The notes under the pieces are model-generated. The model saw nothing but the letters and a program-made list of their open reading frames with translations. It was not told the DNA's origin and did no database searches. Positions 47,700 through 58,817 of a stretch of 64,000 nucleotides of DNA are shown here, piece by piece. Made by a program: the position numbers and the translations under genes. The stretch is from an uncultured Fimbriimonadaceae bacterium. GTDB taxonomy: Bacteria; Armatimonadota; UBA10988. The stretch lies in assembly GCA_964531735.1 (NCBI GenBank), contig CAZHGD010000011.1, positions 4,888 to 68,887 on the forward strand. The letters are read 5' to 3'. How positions within the stretch are numbered: the stretch's first letter is position 1; the number at the start of each line of letters is the position of its first letter.

Positions 47700-48821
47700 A
47701 TGGCAGTGCCTGGCAAGCGAGTTGCAGTAGCCATGAGCGGCGGCGTCGACAGCTCGGTGGCCGCCGCACTGCTCTGCCGCCAGGGCTACGACGTGGTCGG
47801 GTTCACCATGCGGCTCGGCGGCGCTGCCGCCGACTGGGAAGCGCGGCAGGCCTGCTGCGGCCTCTCGGAACTGCATGACGCGCGCCGGGTGGCCGATCGG
47901 CTCGGCATCGCGCACTATGTGCTCGACCAGACCGCGGCCTTCGAGCAGCACGTGGTGGCGCCGTTCGTGGCCGATTACCTGGCCGGCCGGACGCCGAACC
48001 CCTGTCTGCGTTGCAACCAGCACGTGAAGTTCGCCAGTTTCCGCGAGCACGCGTTGGCGCTGGGCTGCGACGCGGTGGCCACCGGGCACTACGCCCAGAC
48101 GGCACGCGACGAGGCGTCCGGTCGCTGGGAGCTGCGCCGCGGCGCCGATGCCGGCAAGGACCAGTCCTACGTGCTCTACACGCTGACGCAGGAGCAACTG
48201 GCCAGCGTGCTGTTCCCGCTGGGCGCGCTGACGAAGCGTGAGGTGCGCCAACTGGCCGGCGAGTTCGGGTTGGCCACGGCGGCCAAGCCCGAGAGCCAGG
48301 AGATCTGTTTCGTCGAGGACAACGACTATGCCGCCTTGGTGCGGCGGCGCGCGCCGGCACAGGTGCGCCCCGGCCAGATCGTCGACGCCGATGGCCGCGA
48401 ACTGGCGCAGCACGCCGGGATCATCGACTACACCGTGGGCCAACGCCGGCGGCTGGGCGTCACCGCTCCGGAGCCGCTGTTCGTCAGCGAGATCGACGCC
48501 GCGCGAGCCACGGTGACGGTGGAGCCGGCCGCGGCCGCCGGGCGCCGATGGCTGTGCCTGACCGACCTGCACTGGGTCAGTTGGCCGCCGCAGACCGGTG
48601 AGTTGCACAGCGCGGTGCAGGTACGTTACCGCATGGCTGCGGTAGACTGTGGCTGGCGCGCCTGCGGCGACGGTGCTACGGTGGTCCTGGAGACGCCGCT
48701 GCGCGGGATCGCGCCGGGCCAGGCGGCGGTGTTCTACGACCGTGCCGGCCGGGTCCTGGCCGGCGGCACGATCGACCGGACGCAGCGGGATGGTGTGGTG
48801 GATGGAGGACGGGGACAGTGA
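47700..48821 (+). CDS. mnmA: tRNA 2-thiouridine(34) synthase
   Basis: AMSGGVDS, TPNPCLRCN, ATGHYA, KDQSY, ESQEICF, YTVGQRR, PGQAAVFY. Confidence 0.96.
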   Translation: MAVPGKRVAVAMSGGVDSSVAAALLCRQGYDVVGFTMRLGGAAADWEARQACCGLSELHDARRVADRLGIAHYVLDQTAAFEQHVVAPFVADYLAGRTPNPCLRCNQHVKFASFREHALALGCDAVATGHYAQTARDEASGRWELRRGADAGKDQSYVLYTLTQEQLASVLFPLGALTKREVRQLAGEFGLATAAKPESQEICFVEDNDYAALVRRRAPAQVRPGQIVDADGRELAQHAGIIDYTVGQRRRLGVTAPEPLFVSEIDAARATVTVEPAAAAGRRWLCLTDLHWVSWPPQTGELHSAVQVRYRMAAVDCGWRACGDGATVVLETPLRGIAPGQAAVFYDRAGRVLAGGTIDRTQRDGVVDGGRGQ

Positions 48822-49843
48822 TCGTCATTCTCGAGCCGGGAGCCAGCGCGGAAGTGACCACGGCGGTGATCGACGAGGTCAAGCGCCTGGGGTTCACGCC
48901 GCACCCGATCTACGGTGACAACCTGACCGTGGTGGCCGTGGTCGGCAAGCACCCGGGCGCGCTGCGAGAGCATTTCGAGTCGCTCGACGGTGTCGCGCGG
49001 GTGCAGTTGATTGACCAGTCCTACAAGCTGGTCGCCCGGGCCAGTCGGCCGAAGACCTCGTTCAGAGTCGGCGAGGTGACCATTGGTGGCCCGGAGTTGG
49101 TGGTGATCGCCGGGCCGTGTGCGGTGGAGTCGGAGGCGCAGATCATGGCCTGCGCCGGCGCGGTCAAGGCCGCCGGCGGGCATCTGTTGCGCGGTGGCGC
49201 GTTCAAGCCGCGGACCTCGCCCTACAGCTACATGGGCATGGGTGAAGATGGGCTGAAGCTGCTGGCCGCCGCGCGCGAGCAGACGGGCTTGCCCATCGTC
49301 TCGGAGGTGATGGACCCGCGGATGGTGGCGTTGGCCGCCGACTATGTGGACATGCTGCAGATCGGCGCGCGCAACATGCAGAACTTCACGCTGCTCTCCG
49401 AGGTCGGCCGCACCGGCCTGCCGGTGATGCTCAAGCGTGGTCTGTCGGCGACCATTGACGACTGGCTGAACGCGGCGGAGTATATCGCGTCAGAAGGCAA
49501 CGAGCGCATCCTGCTGTGCGAGCGCGGCATCCGGACCTACGAGACGGCCACGCGGAACACGCTGGACATCAGCGCGGTGCCGGTGCTCCGCCGCATGTCG
49601 CACTTGCCGGTGCTGATCGATCCGTCGCACGCGGCGGGCGAGCGGGAGTACATTGCGCCGTTGGCTTGGGCGGCGGCGGCGGTTGGCGCCGACGCGGTGA
49701 TGGTGGAGATCCACCCGCGGCCGTCGACGGCGGTGAGTGATGGCGCGCAGTCGCTGGACCTGGTCAGCTTCCAGCGGCTGATGGAGGGTCTGCGGACCGT
49801 GCCGCGGTACGATTACCTGGCGCCCGGCGCCGGTGCGGACTAG
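48818..49843 (+). CDS. aroF: DAHP synthase, type I-beta, with N-terminal regulatory domain
   Basis: IAGPCAVES, GAFKPRTSPY, QIGARNMQN, LKRG, CERGIRT, DPSH. Confidence 0.94.
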   Translation: MIVILEPGASAEVTTAVIDEVKRLGFTPHPIYGDNLTVVAVVGKHPGALREHFESLDGVARVQLIDQSYKLVARASRPKTSFRVGEVTIGGPELVVIAGPCAVESEAQIMACAGAVKAAGGHLLRGGAFKPRTSPYSYMGMGEDGLKLLAAAREQTGLPIVSEVMDPRMVALAADYVDMLQIGARNMQNFTLLSEVGRTGLPVMLKRGLSATIDDWLNAAEYIASEGNERILLCERGIRTYETATRNTLDISAVPVLRRMSHLPVLIDPSHAAGEREYIAPLAWAAAAVGADAVMVEIHPRPSTAVSDGAQSLDLVSFQRLMEGLRTVPRYDYLAPGAGAD

Positions 49844-49864
49844 GCCGGAGAAGGTGGTCTGAGG

Positions 49865-50476
49865 ATGGGTCAGTCGGACGAACAGGGCATCTGGCTTCCG
49901 CCGGGTGCCAAACTGCGCAACGCCGAACCGGCCGCGACGCCGGCGGACGCGGCGCCGGTGGACGATGGCGAGTCGGCCGAGATCGTGGCCGAGGCCGAGG
50001 CGGCTGCCGCCTCGGCCGAAGCGGAGCAGGCCGACTACCGCGACAAGTACCTGCGCGCCCTGGCCGACATGGACAACCTGCGCAAGCGCCTGACCGAGCA
50101 GCAACGTCTGGCGGTGCAACGGGCCAACGAGAGCTTCGTCTCGGACCTGTTGCCGACGCTCGACGCCGTGCAGCGCGGCATCGAGGCGGCTGGGCAAGGC
50201 GCCAGTGTCGACTCGCTGATGGGCGGCCTGGAACTGGTGGCCAAGCAACTGGGCAGCTTCCTGGAAGGGCATGGGGTGGAGGTCATCGCGTGTGAGGTGG
50301 GCGATCCGTTCGATCCGTCACAGCACGAGGCGATGATGCGGCTGCCGGCCACCGAGGAGGCACCCGAGGGCCATGTGGCCAAGGTGCTCGACCAGGGCTT
50401 CCGCCTGCACGGGCGCGTGGTCCGACCGACCCGGGTGGCCGTCTCGGCGCCGGCCCTGGATGTCTCCGCCGATTGA
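49865..50476 (+). CDS. grpE: Nucleotide exchange factor GrpE
   Basis: RALADMDNLRKR, DLLPTLD, FDPSQHEAM, GFRLHGRVVRPTRV. Confidence 0.92.
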   Translation: MGQSDEQGIWLPPGAKLRNAEPAATPADAAPVDDGESAEIVAEAEAAAASAEAEQADYRDKYLRALADMDNLRKRLTEQQRLAVQRANESFVSDLLPTLDAVQRGIEAAGQGASVDSLMGGLELVAKQLGSFLEGHGVEVIACEVGDPFDPSQHEAMMRLPATEEAPEGHVAKVLDQGFRLHGRVVRPTRVAVSAPALDVSAD

Positions 50477-50554
50477 GGTGGCCACGTTGCGCCGAGGACA
50501 AGGAGTCAGGGCAACTCGCCGCGAACCACACTGTCGTAGGAACGGAGGAGGAGC

Positions 50555-50782
50555 GTGAAGGACGTGCCCCAACCGCTGCGTGATCCCTCGTTCTTTGGCT
50601 TCGTGTTGTTCGGGCTGCTGCTGCTGCTGGGCAGCGTGGTCTGCCATGGCCAGGCGGCCCGGCAGGCGGCGCAGGTGCGCTCGGCCTCGCAGGCGCCGCT
50701 GGTGGTGCCTGCGGACCGCGATCCGGTGGTCTACGGACGCTCCGGCGGCAACGCCCCACGGGTGCGGCCGGCGCGGTCGTAG
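50555..50782 (+). CDS. Small hypothetical membrane protein
   Basis: Strong GGAGGAGGAG RBS; one TM segment; 3' end overlaps the convergent gene. Confidence 0.55.
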   Translation: MKDVPQPLRDPSFFGFVLFGLLLLLGSVVCHGQAARQAAQVRSASQAPLVVPADRDPVVYGRSGGNAPRVRPARS

Positions 50783-51192
50783 CGGTCGCTCGACGTCTGC
50801 GTCAGCAGCAGGCCGACGGCCGTGGTTTGGTGGTGGGCCGCCAAGTGAACCTGCAGCAGGTACGGGCCGTAGCGGTAGTTGCTGACGCCGGCCGGTAGGG
50901 CGGCGGGCACTGGCTCCCATCCTTCCGAGACTAGTGCCGCCGCATAGAACTCCGCCACCGCCGTGGCCTCGGCGCCGGCTTCGTACGACCAGCTCCGACA
51001 CCCCAGCCAGCGCAGGTGCTTGGCGCGCGGCATCGCCACCGCGGCGGGATGCACCGGTGGTTCGTATGCCCACTGGCGCGCGGCCTGCACGTGCCGCCAG
51101 ACGCCCACGCCGGCGGCCACGCCGACCACCAGCGCCACGAGCAGACCGAGGCGAACGGTGGTGGCGCGCGGGTACTCCGGATAGGTGGACAC
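50731..51192 (-). CDS. Hypothetical single-pass membrane protein
   Basis: N-terminal TM; VAEFYAAALVSEGW motif; starts 2 nt after the NtrC-like gene. Confidence 0.6.
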   Translation of the reverse strand: MSTYPEYPRATTVRLGLLVALVVGVAAGVGVWRHVQAARQWAYEPPVHPAAVAMPRAKHLRWLGCRSWSYEAGAEATAVAEFYAAALVSEGWEPVPAALPAGVSNYRYGPYLLQVHLAAHHQTTAVGLLLTQTSSDRYDRAGRTRGALPPERP

Positions 51193-51194
51193 GG

Positions 51195-52565
<1,371 letters not shown>

Positions 52566-52572
52566 CGCCGCG

Positions 52573-53484
52573 TCAGTCACCTTGGCTGTCCTCCGGCGAC
52601 CAGACATGGACGCGTCCGCCGCCCTGTCGCCGGGCCATCATCATCGAACTGTGCGCGCGGTTCAGCATCTCGGTGAGATCCTCCATCTCCCCTTCGACAA
52701 CCGCCACGCCGAAACTGGCGCTTACCGAGATGTTGCGGCTGCGCCAGGCCACCTCGGTGGTGTTGAGCCGCTGGCTCAGCCGCTCGATGGCGACCAGGGC
52801 GCGGTCGTGCGCGGTGTGCGGCATGAGCACGATGAAACCGCTGCCGCTGTAGCGCGTCGGCACGTCGAGTGCGCGCACGTTGTCACGCAGGAACCGGCCG
52901 ACATGGCGGACCATCAGGTCGCCGAGGGCGCTGCCTTCCTGTTCGCGCAGAGCCGCCAGCTCGTCGATGTCGATGGCCACCAGCGCCAAGGTCGACGAGA
53001 CGCCATAGCGCTGCTCGCGGTAGAGTTCCTCGCGCAGTCGCTCTTCGAAGAACTGGCGGTTGCCCAGTTCGGTGAGCGGATCGGTGCGCGACACGCGCTG
53101 ATAGGCATTGGCGCGCCGCAGCACCGCCTCGATGCGGGCCAGGAAGTCATCGCGGTCGAACGGCTTGGCGATGTAGTCGTCGGCGCCGGTCTCCAAACCC
53201 TCGATGCGGTCCTCAACCTGGTTGCGCGCGCTCAGGAAGACGAACGGCACCAGTTCGAATCCGGGCAACTGGCGCACGCGACGGCACATCTCCAGACCAT
53301 CCATGACGGGCATGGCGACATCGGAGACGACCAGATGAGGCAGGAAGTTCTCCACCGCGTCGAGGCCAACCTGGCCGTCCGTGGCGGTGGTCACTTCGTA
53401 GCCGGCCTTGGACAAGATGTACTCCAGCAGCTTGAGGCTGCTGGGCTCATCATCAACTGCCAGCACGCGTGCTCCCAGTGTCAC
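52573..53484 (-). CDS. REC + degenerate GGDEF domain protein
   Basis: REC (VSDVAMP); TDPLTELGNR; RALD-x5-SGSGF in place of GG(D/E)EF. Confidence 0.88.
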   Translation of the reverse strand: MTLGARVLAVDDEPSSLKLLEYILSKAGYEVTTATDGQVGLDAVENFLPHLVVSDVAMPVMDGLEMCRRVRQLPGFELVPFVFLSARNQVEDRIEGLETGADDYIAKPFDRDDFLARIEAVLRRANAYQRVSRTDPLTELGNRQFFEERLREELYREQRYGVSSTLALVAIDIDELAALREQEGSALGDLMVRHVGRFLRDNVRALDVPTRYSGSGFIVLMPHTAHDRALVAIERLSQRLNTTEVAWRSRNISVSASFGVAVVEGEMEDLTEMLNRAHSSMMMARRQGGGRVHVWSPEDSQGD

Positions 53485-54581
53485 GTTGCTTCCGTCCTCT
53501 CCAAAGGCAGCGTCACGGTGAAGGCCGAGCCGGCGCCCAGCGTGCTGGTCACCTCGATCCGCCCGTCATGCGCGTGCATCAGTTCCTGCGCGATGGCCAG
53601 CCCGAGCCCGGTCCCTTCGGGCTGCATGCCGACCGCGCGGCAACGGTAGAACTTCTCAAAGATGTGCGGCAAGTCATCGGTGGCGATGCCGCGTCCGGTG
53701 TCGCGGACGGTGATGGACAACTCGCCGTCGGCCACCGCCCAGTCGACCGACACCTGGCCGCCCGCCGGGGTGAACTTCACGGCGTTGGACAGCAGGTTGA
53801 GCAGGACCTGCGCCGTCTTGTCGCGGTCGGCGTTCAGAATGAGTTCGGCCGGTGGGGCCTCGACCTGAAGCTCGAGTTCGGCCGCCTTGAGTTCGGGCCG
53901 GATGGCCAGACTGACATCGCGCAGCAAGTCGGCCACGGGGAAGGCATTCGGCTGGAGCCGCTGCCGCCCGGACTCGATCCGCGAGATCTGCAGCAGGTCG
54001 TCAATCAGCCGGCTGAGCCGGTCGGTCTGCTGGCGCGCGATCTGCAGGAAGTTGCGACGCTGGACCGGATCGATGGTGTCCTCGTCATCGAGCACGACTT
54101 GCAGGAACCCCTTGATGGCGGCCATGGGCGTGCGCAGTTCGTGCGAGACGTTGGTCACGAACTCGGTCTTCATGCGGTTCAGTTCGGCGTCGCGGGTGAC
54201 ATCGCGATAGCTCACCAGGCGCCCGATCAGGCGGCCATCGGCGTCACGCACCGCGCCCACGCGCCGGCGCACCACCCGGCGTTTGGGCCGGACGAGGAGG
54301 AACTCCTGTTCGCCGCCGGCGGCCTCGGCGGCCTCGTCCACGGCGGCCAGGTAGGCGGCGCGGTCACCCATGCAGTCGGCGATTCCCGAGCGGATCTCAT
54401 CGACGTCGGCGCCCGGCCGCAGGCCGAACATCGACCAGAAGCGAGCGTTGGCCAAGCTGACCCGGCCGTGGATATCGACCAGCAGCAGGGCCTCGTCAAC
54501 CGCGTCGAACAGCGCGTGGAACGCGCCGCCGGCCAACTCGTGGCCGACCTCGCCGCTGTGGCCGCTTTGGTCCAGCGCCAT
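53481..54581 (-). CDS. Cytoplasmic PAS sensor histidine kinase
   Basis: SHELRTP, NLLSNAVKF, DTGRGI, GTGLGL; GAGGAGG RBS before MALDQ. Confidence 0.93.
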   Translation of the reverse strand: MALDQSGHSGEVGHELAGGAFHALFDAVDEALLLVDIHGRVSLANARFWSMFGLRPGADVDEIRSGIADCMGDRAAYLAAVDEAAEAAGGEQEFLLVRPKRRVVRRRVGAVRDADGRLIGRLVSYRDVTRDAELNRMKTEFVTNVSHELRTPMAAIKGFLQVVLDDEDTIDPVQRRNFLQIARQQTDRLSRLIDDLLQISRIESGRQRLQPNAFPVADLLRDVSLAIRPELKAAELELQVEAPPAELILNADRDKTAQVLLNLLSNAVKFTPAGGQVSVDWAVADGELSITVRDTGRGIATDDLPHIFEKFYRCRAVGMQPEGTGLGLAIAQELMHAHDGRIEVTSTLGAGSAFTVTLPLERTEAT

Positions 54582-54679
54582 GGAGCCTCCTCTTCGGTTC
54601 TCGAATGGGCACCATTCGCGACGTGGCGCCGGTGTCCTCCCGGGCAGGAGCCCGCCGCGCGGCCGCGAAGTAACGCGAC

Positions 54680-55822
54680 ATGCGGGTGCTCGCGCTGACC
54701 ACACTCTACCCGACGCCGGATGCGCCGCACCGGGCCGGGTTCATGCCGGGCCGGCTCGCGGCGCTGGCGGCGCACGTCGACCTGGTGGCCGTGGTGCCCG
54801 AGCAGACCTTCCCCTTCCGCCGCGCCAGACCGAGCGAGACACCGCAGGCGCCGTGGCCGCTCTATCGCCCCACCTTCTTCGGCATTCCCGGCGTGGGGCG
54901 CAACCGCCGGCCGGCGGCCATCGAGCGCGGCGCCTGGCCGCTGGTGCAGCAGTTGCACGGCGCGCAGCCGTTCGAGGTCGTGCTGGGCCACTTCCTCTAC
55001 CCCGATGGGGTGGCCGCGGCGCGTCTGGCCGCGCGTCTCGGCCTGCCCTGGGCGCTCGTGGCGCACGGCAGTGATGTGTACCAGCACGGCGCCGTACCGG
55101 CCAGGTCGCGCCAGATTGGTGCCGCGTTGGCCGGGGCCGGCGCGGTGATCGCGGTCAGCGCGCCGTTGGCCGCTCGCATCGTCGAGTCATGGCAGCCGCC
55201 AACAGCGCCGGTGGTCCTGCCGTGCGGGTATGATCCCGGCCGGTTCGCGCCGCGGCCGCGCGACGAGGCGCGGGCCGAACTGCGTCTCGGCGACGGCCCA
55301 TGGCTGCTGTTCTGCGGCATGTTGCGCCGACTGAAGCGCGTCGACGTGATTCTGGAGGCGCTGGCGCGCTTGCCGAGCGTGCGGCTGGCGATTGTCGGAC
55401 AGGGCCCGGAAGCGGCCCGGTTGGCCGACCAGGCGCGCCGCCTCGACCTGGAGCAGCGGGTGCTGTTCGTCGGCCCGCAGCCGCACGCACGCCTGCCGAT
55501 ATGGTACGCGGCGGCCGACTGCGTCGTGCTGGCCAGCGAGAGCGAGGGCACCCCGACGGTGCTGGTCGAGGCCATGGCGATGGGCCGCCCGGTGGTGGCG
55601 ACGCGGGTGGGCGGCGTGGCCGACCTGGTCGGCGACCTGGCCAGTTTGGTGCCGGTCGGTGATGCCGGCGCGCTGGTCGCGGCCGTCGAGTCCACGCTGG
55701 CGGCGCCGCCCGACGCGGCGGCGCTACGTGCTCGCGTGGCCCACCTGCAATGGCCGTGCATCGGGTCGGCCGAGGCACAGGTGCTGGAATCGGTGGTAAG
55801 CTGTGGCCGGCGGCGACCGTAA
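54680..55822 (+). CDS. Glycosyltransferase family 4
   Basis: AHGSDV, KRVDVIL, EGTPTVLVEAMAMG. Confidence 0.88.
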   Translation: MRVLALTTLYPTPDAPHRAGFMPGRLAALAAHVDLVAVVPEQTFPFRRARPSETPQAPWPLYRPTFFGIPGVGRNRRPAAIERGAWPLVQQLHGAQPFEVVLGHFLYPDGVAAARLAARLGLPWALVAHGSDVYQHGAVPARSRQIGAALAGAGAVIAVSAPLAARIVESWQPPTAPVVLPCGYDPGRFAPRPRDEARAELRLGDGPWLLFCGMLRRLKRVDVILEALARLPSVRLAIVGQGPEAARLADQARRLDLEQRVLFVGPQPHARLPIWYAAADCVVLASESEGTPTVLVEAMAMGRPVVATRVGGVADLVGDLASLVPVGDAGALVAAVESTLAAPPDAAALRARVAHLQWPCIGSAEAQVLESVVSCGRRRP

Positions 55823-55905
55823 CCAACAGGCTATGAATGCAGCCGGGCCGGCAGACGGTTGGGCCGACAGGTACCATACTGACCAAGCGGAGAGCGGAGC
55901 GCTAC

Positions 55906-56610
55906 GTGGCTGCCCCCAAGGAAGCCGTCGTTCGGGACATGTTCGCGCAGATCGCGCCCACGTACGATCTGCTGAACACCGTGCTGTCGGCCAACTGGCA
56001 CAAGCGTTGGCGTCCGGTGGCGGTGCGCGCCGCCCGGTTGCAGCCCGGCGCGCGGGTGCTCGATGTGGCCACGGGCACGGCCGATCTGGCGCTCCTGCTG
56101 GCGCGTCAGGTGGGGCCGTCCGGTCTCGTGGTGGGTGCCGACTTCTGCGCGCCGATGCTGGCCCTGGGGCGGGCCAAACTGGCGCGACGCGGCTGCCGGT
56201 CCGTGCAACTGGCGCTGGCCACCGCCGACGGTCTGCCGTTCGCCGACGGCACCTTCGACGCCGTGACGATGGCGTTCGCGCTGCGGAACGTGCCGGACCG
56301 ACCGCGCTGCCTGGCCGAGATGGCGCGGGTGACGCGGCCTGGCGGGCGGGTGGTGAACCTTGATCTGACGCAGCCGGCGTCGCCGTGGCTACAGCGCGGC
56401 TACCGCTGGTACCAGGACCGACTGATGCCTTTGGTGGGCGGCCTCATCTCGGGCCGGCGCGAGGCCTACGCGTACTTACCGCAGTCTATCCAGGAGTTCC
56501 CGCCGCCGGCCGAGATTGCTGCGATGTTCCGCTCGGCTGGCCTGGAGGAGGTCTCGTGGCAGTCCCTGACGTTCGGTTTGGCAACAGTGCACAGCGGGCG
56601 GAAGCCCTAA
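55906..56610 (+). CDS. ubiE: Quinone biosynthesis C-methyltransferase UbiE/MenG
   Basis: MFAQIAPTYDLLN, LDVATGTAD, TMAFALRNV, AYAYLPQSI. Start uncertain (GTG 55906 or ATG 55837). Confidence 0.9.
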   Translation: MAAPKEAVVRDMFAQIAPTYDLLNTVLSANWHKRWRPVAVRAARLQPGARVLDVATGTADLALLLARQVGPSGLVVGADFCAPMLALGRAKLARRGCRSVQLALATADGLPFADGTFDAVTMAFALRNVPDRPRCLAEMARVTRPGGRVVNLDLTQPASPWLQRGYRWYQDRLMPLVGGLISGRREAYAYLPQSIQEFPPPAEIAAMFRSAGLEEVSWQSLTFGLATVHSGRKP

Positions 56611-56645
56611 CCGAGCCACAGCCTGGCAACGGGCAGCGTCCGGCG

Positions 56646-57632
56646 GTGTCGCCGCTGCGCGACACCGAAGCGCTGTTCCCGCGGTTGTACGGCGACCTGG
56701 CGACGGTGGAGGCGCGCCTCCGGCAGGCGATCCACTCGCCGGTGCCGGTGGTGCCCGAGGTCTTTCTGCACACCGTCGACGCCGGCGGCAAGCGGGTCCG
56801 GCCGGCCCTTTCGTTACTCGCCAGCCGGGCTCTGGGCCAGGTCAGCGAAGCCACCTTCGACGTGGCGGTGTCGATGGAGCTGACGCACCTGGCCAGCCTG
56901 ATCCACGACGACGTGATTGACGACGGCGGCCACCGCCGCGGCCGGTTGACCGCCAACCGGGTCTGGGGCAACAAGAGCGCCGTGCTCGTGGCCGACTACC
57001 TGCACGCCGTGGTCTACCGGCTCATCTGCAATCGGTGCGGCCCTGCGGTGCTCGTGCGCCTCTCGGAGACCGTGGCGCGGATGGTCGAGGGCGAACTGGC
57101 CCAGATGTACAACGAGGGCTCGCTCGAAGTGGGCGAGCCGCTCTACTACCGGATGATCGGCGACAAGACCGCGTCACTGATGGCTTTGTCCTGCGAACTG
57201 GGCGCGTTGGTCTCGGGCGCCGACAACGCGGTGGTCGAGGCCTTCCGCGACTACGGTGACAAGGTCGGCCTGGCGTTCCAGATCGTCGATGACCTGCTCG
57301 ACCTGACGGGCGACGAGGAGCGCCTGGGCAAGCCGGTCGGCAACGACATCCGCTGCGGTCGGCTGACGCTGCCGTTCATCCACGCGCTCCAGCAGGCCGG
57401 CCCGACGGCCCACGAGGCGCTGCGCGCGCTGATCTGCCGGGCCGATCTCGACGCCGCCGGCATCCGGGCGGCTCGCGACCTGGTCGAGGAAAGCGGCGGC
57501 GTCGACTACGCCATCCGTGCCGCGGAGCGACTGGCCGAGGAGGCCCGCGCAGCTCTGCCGACCGGTATTGACGCCGAGGCCCGTGAGGCCTTGGAGGCGC
57601 TGACGCATTACATCGTGTCGCGCACACGCTGA
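56646..57632 (+). CDS. Trans-polyprenyl diphosphate synthase (HepT/IspB-like)
   Basis: GGKRVRP, LIHDDVID..RRG, KTA, AFQIVDDLLD, GKPVGND. Start inferred. Confidence 0.92.
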   Translation: MSPLRDTEALFPRLYGDLATVEARLRQAIHSPVPVVPEVFLHTVDAGGKRVRPALSLLASRALGQVSEATFDVAVSMELTHLASLIHDDVIDDGGHRRGRLTANRVWGNKSAVLVADYLHAVVYRLICNRCGPAVLVRLSETVARMVEGELAQMYNEGSLEVGEPLYYRMIGDKTASLMALSCELGALVSGADNAVVEAFRDYGDKVGLAFQIVDDLLDLTGDEERLGKPVGNDIRCGRLTLPFIHALQQAGPTAHEALRALICRADLDAAGIRAARDLVEESGGVDYAIRAAERLAEEARAALPTGIDAEAREALEALTHYIVSRTR

Positions 57633-57642
57633 GGGTGGTGCC

Positions 57643-58485
57643 GTGTCCGTAGCGATCGATCCCCTGCATGATGGCCATACGCACAGCCACTGGTGCCCCC
57701 ACGGTTCGGGCGACCCGTTGCGCGCCTACCTCGACCGCGCGGTCGAACTCGGCTTCCGGCGCTATGACGTCACCGAGCACCTGGCGCTGCCCGACGGTTT
57801 CCGCGACCCGATTGGTCCGCGCCAGTGCGCGATGCTGCCGGCCGAGGTGCCGCTGTACCTGGCCGATGCCGAGCCACTGCGCGCGGAGTTCGCCGGCCGT
57901 CTGGACGTGCGCGTCGGCTTCGAGGTGGACTACCTCGGCGCGGCGCAGGGCGGCTGGCACCAAGCCATGCTCGAACTGCTGGGTCCGGCCTGGGACCGCA
58001 TCGACCCGGCGGCCACGGTGCTCAGCGTGCACTTCCTCGACGAGGGCATTGTGGATGGCACGCCGGCCATGCAGGCGGCCTTGCTGCCCGCAGGCGCCAA
58101 CACCGACCGGGTACACCTGCGCTACTATGCAGCGCTCAAGTCCGCCATCCAGGCCTCGTGGCGGTGGCGTGGGGAGGATCTGCGACCGCGGCGCCTGGGC
58201 CATCTGACCTTGCCGCGCAAGTTCGTCAAGGTCCGCCCGCTGGAGCACCCCGAGCAGGTCGCCGAGGCGGCGATGGACGTGCTGGAACTGGTCGCGGCGG
58301 AGGGCCTCGAACTCGACGTCAACACCGCCGGCCTGGACAAGCCCGACTGCGGCGAAATCTACCTGACGTCCGAGTTGTACCACCGCGCTCGCCAGTTGGG
58401 CGTGACCATGGTCTACGGGTCCGATGCGCACGCACCCCGCGAGGTGGGCCGGCACCGCGACCGCCTGGCCGAACTGGTCGGTTAG
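57643..58485 (+). CDS. PHP-family histidinol-phosphatase (HisJ-like)
   Basis: DGHTHSHWCPHG, TEH, GFEVDY, LSVHF, GHL, GSDAH. Confidence 0.85.
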   Translation: MSVAIDPLHDGHTHSHWCPHGSGDPLRAYLDRAVELGFRRYDVTEHLALPDGFRDPIGPRQCAMLPAEVPLYLADAEPLRAEFAGRLDVRVGFEVDYLGAAQGGWHQAMLELLGPAWDRIDPAATVLSVHFLDEGIVDGTPAMQAALLPAGANTDRVHLRYYAALKSAIQASWRWRGEDLRPRRLGHLTLPRKFVKVRPLEHPEQVAEAAMDVLELVAAEGLELDVNTAGLDKPDCGEIYLTSELYHRARQLGVTMVYGSDAHAPREVGRHRDRLAELVG

Positions 58486-58817
58486 TCGGTCAGGTGCCGG
58501 TCCAGCCAGGTGCGGAGCGCGTCGACTTCCTCCGGGGCCAGCTTGCTGACCGGGACTTCCTCGATGGCGCCGTGCAGCGCGAGGAGCGTGGCCAGGTTGC
58601 CGCGCCGGGGCTGGACCTGGCGGATGCGCAGCCACGCCTCTTTGGCGCCGACATCGCACAGGCGGTCGAGCGTACCGATACCGACCGTTCGCAGGTGCCC
58701 GGCCAACTCGAAGCCGAGGTTGGCGGCACCGTTCAGCGGCCGCTCGGCCGGCGCCGACGCAGCCGCCGGCACCGGCCGCAGCGGCCGGCCATAGCCATCT
58801 CGCAACCCGTCACTCAT
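58482..58817 (-). CDS. TfoX/Sxy C-terminal domain protein
   Basis: NLG..L...LRTVGI.T...L..VGAKEAW.R..LLALHGAIE pattern. Confidence 0.7.
   Translation of the reverse strand: MSDGLRDGYGRPLRPVPAAASAPAERPLNGAANLGFELAGHLRTVGIGTLDRLCDVGAKEAWLRIRQVQPRRGNLATLLALHGAIEEVPVSKLAPEEVDALRTWLDRHLTD

Noticed and set aside
50477-50554. Sigma-54 promoter candidate TGGCCACGTTGC
   Set aside because: GG-to-GC spacing is 7 nt, not the required 10.
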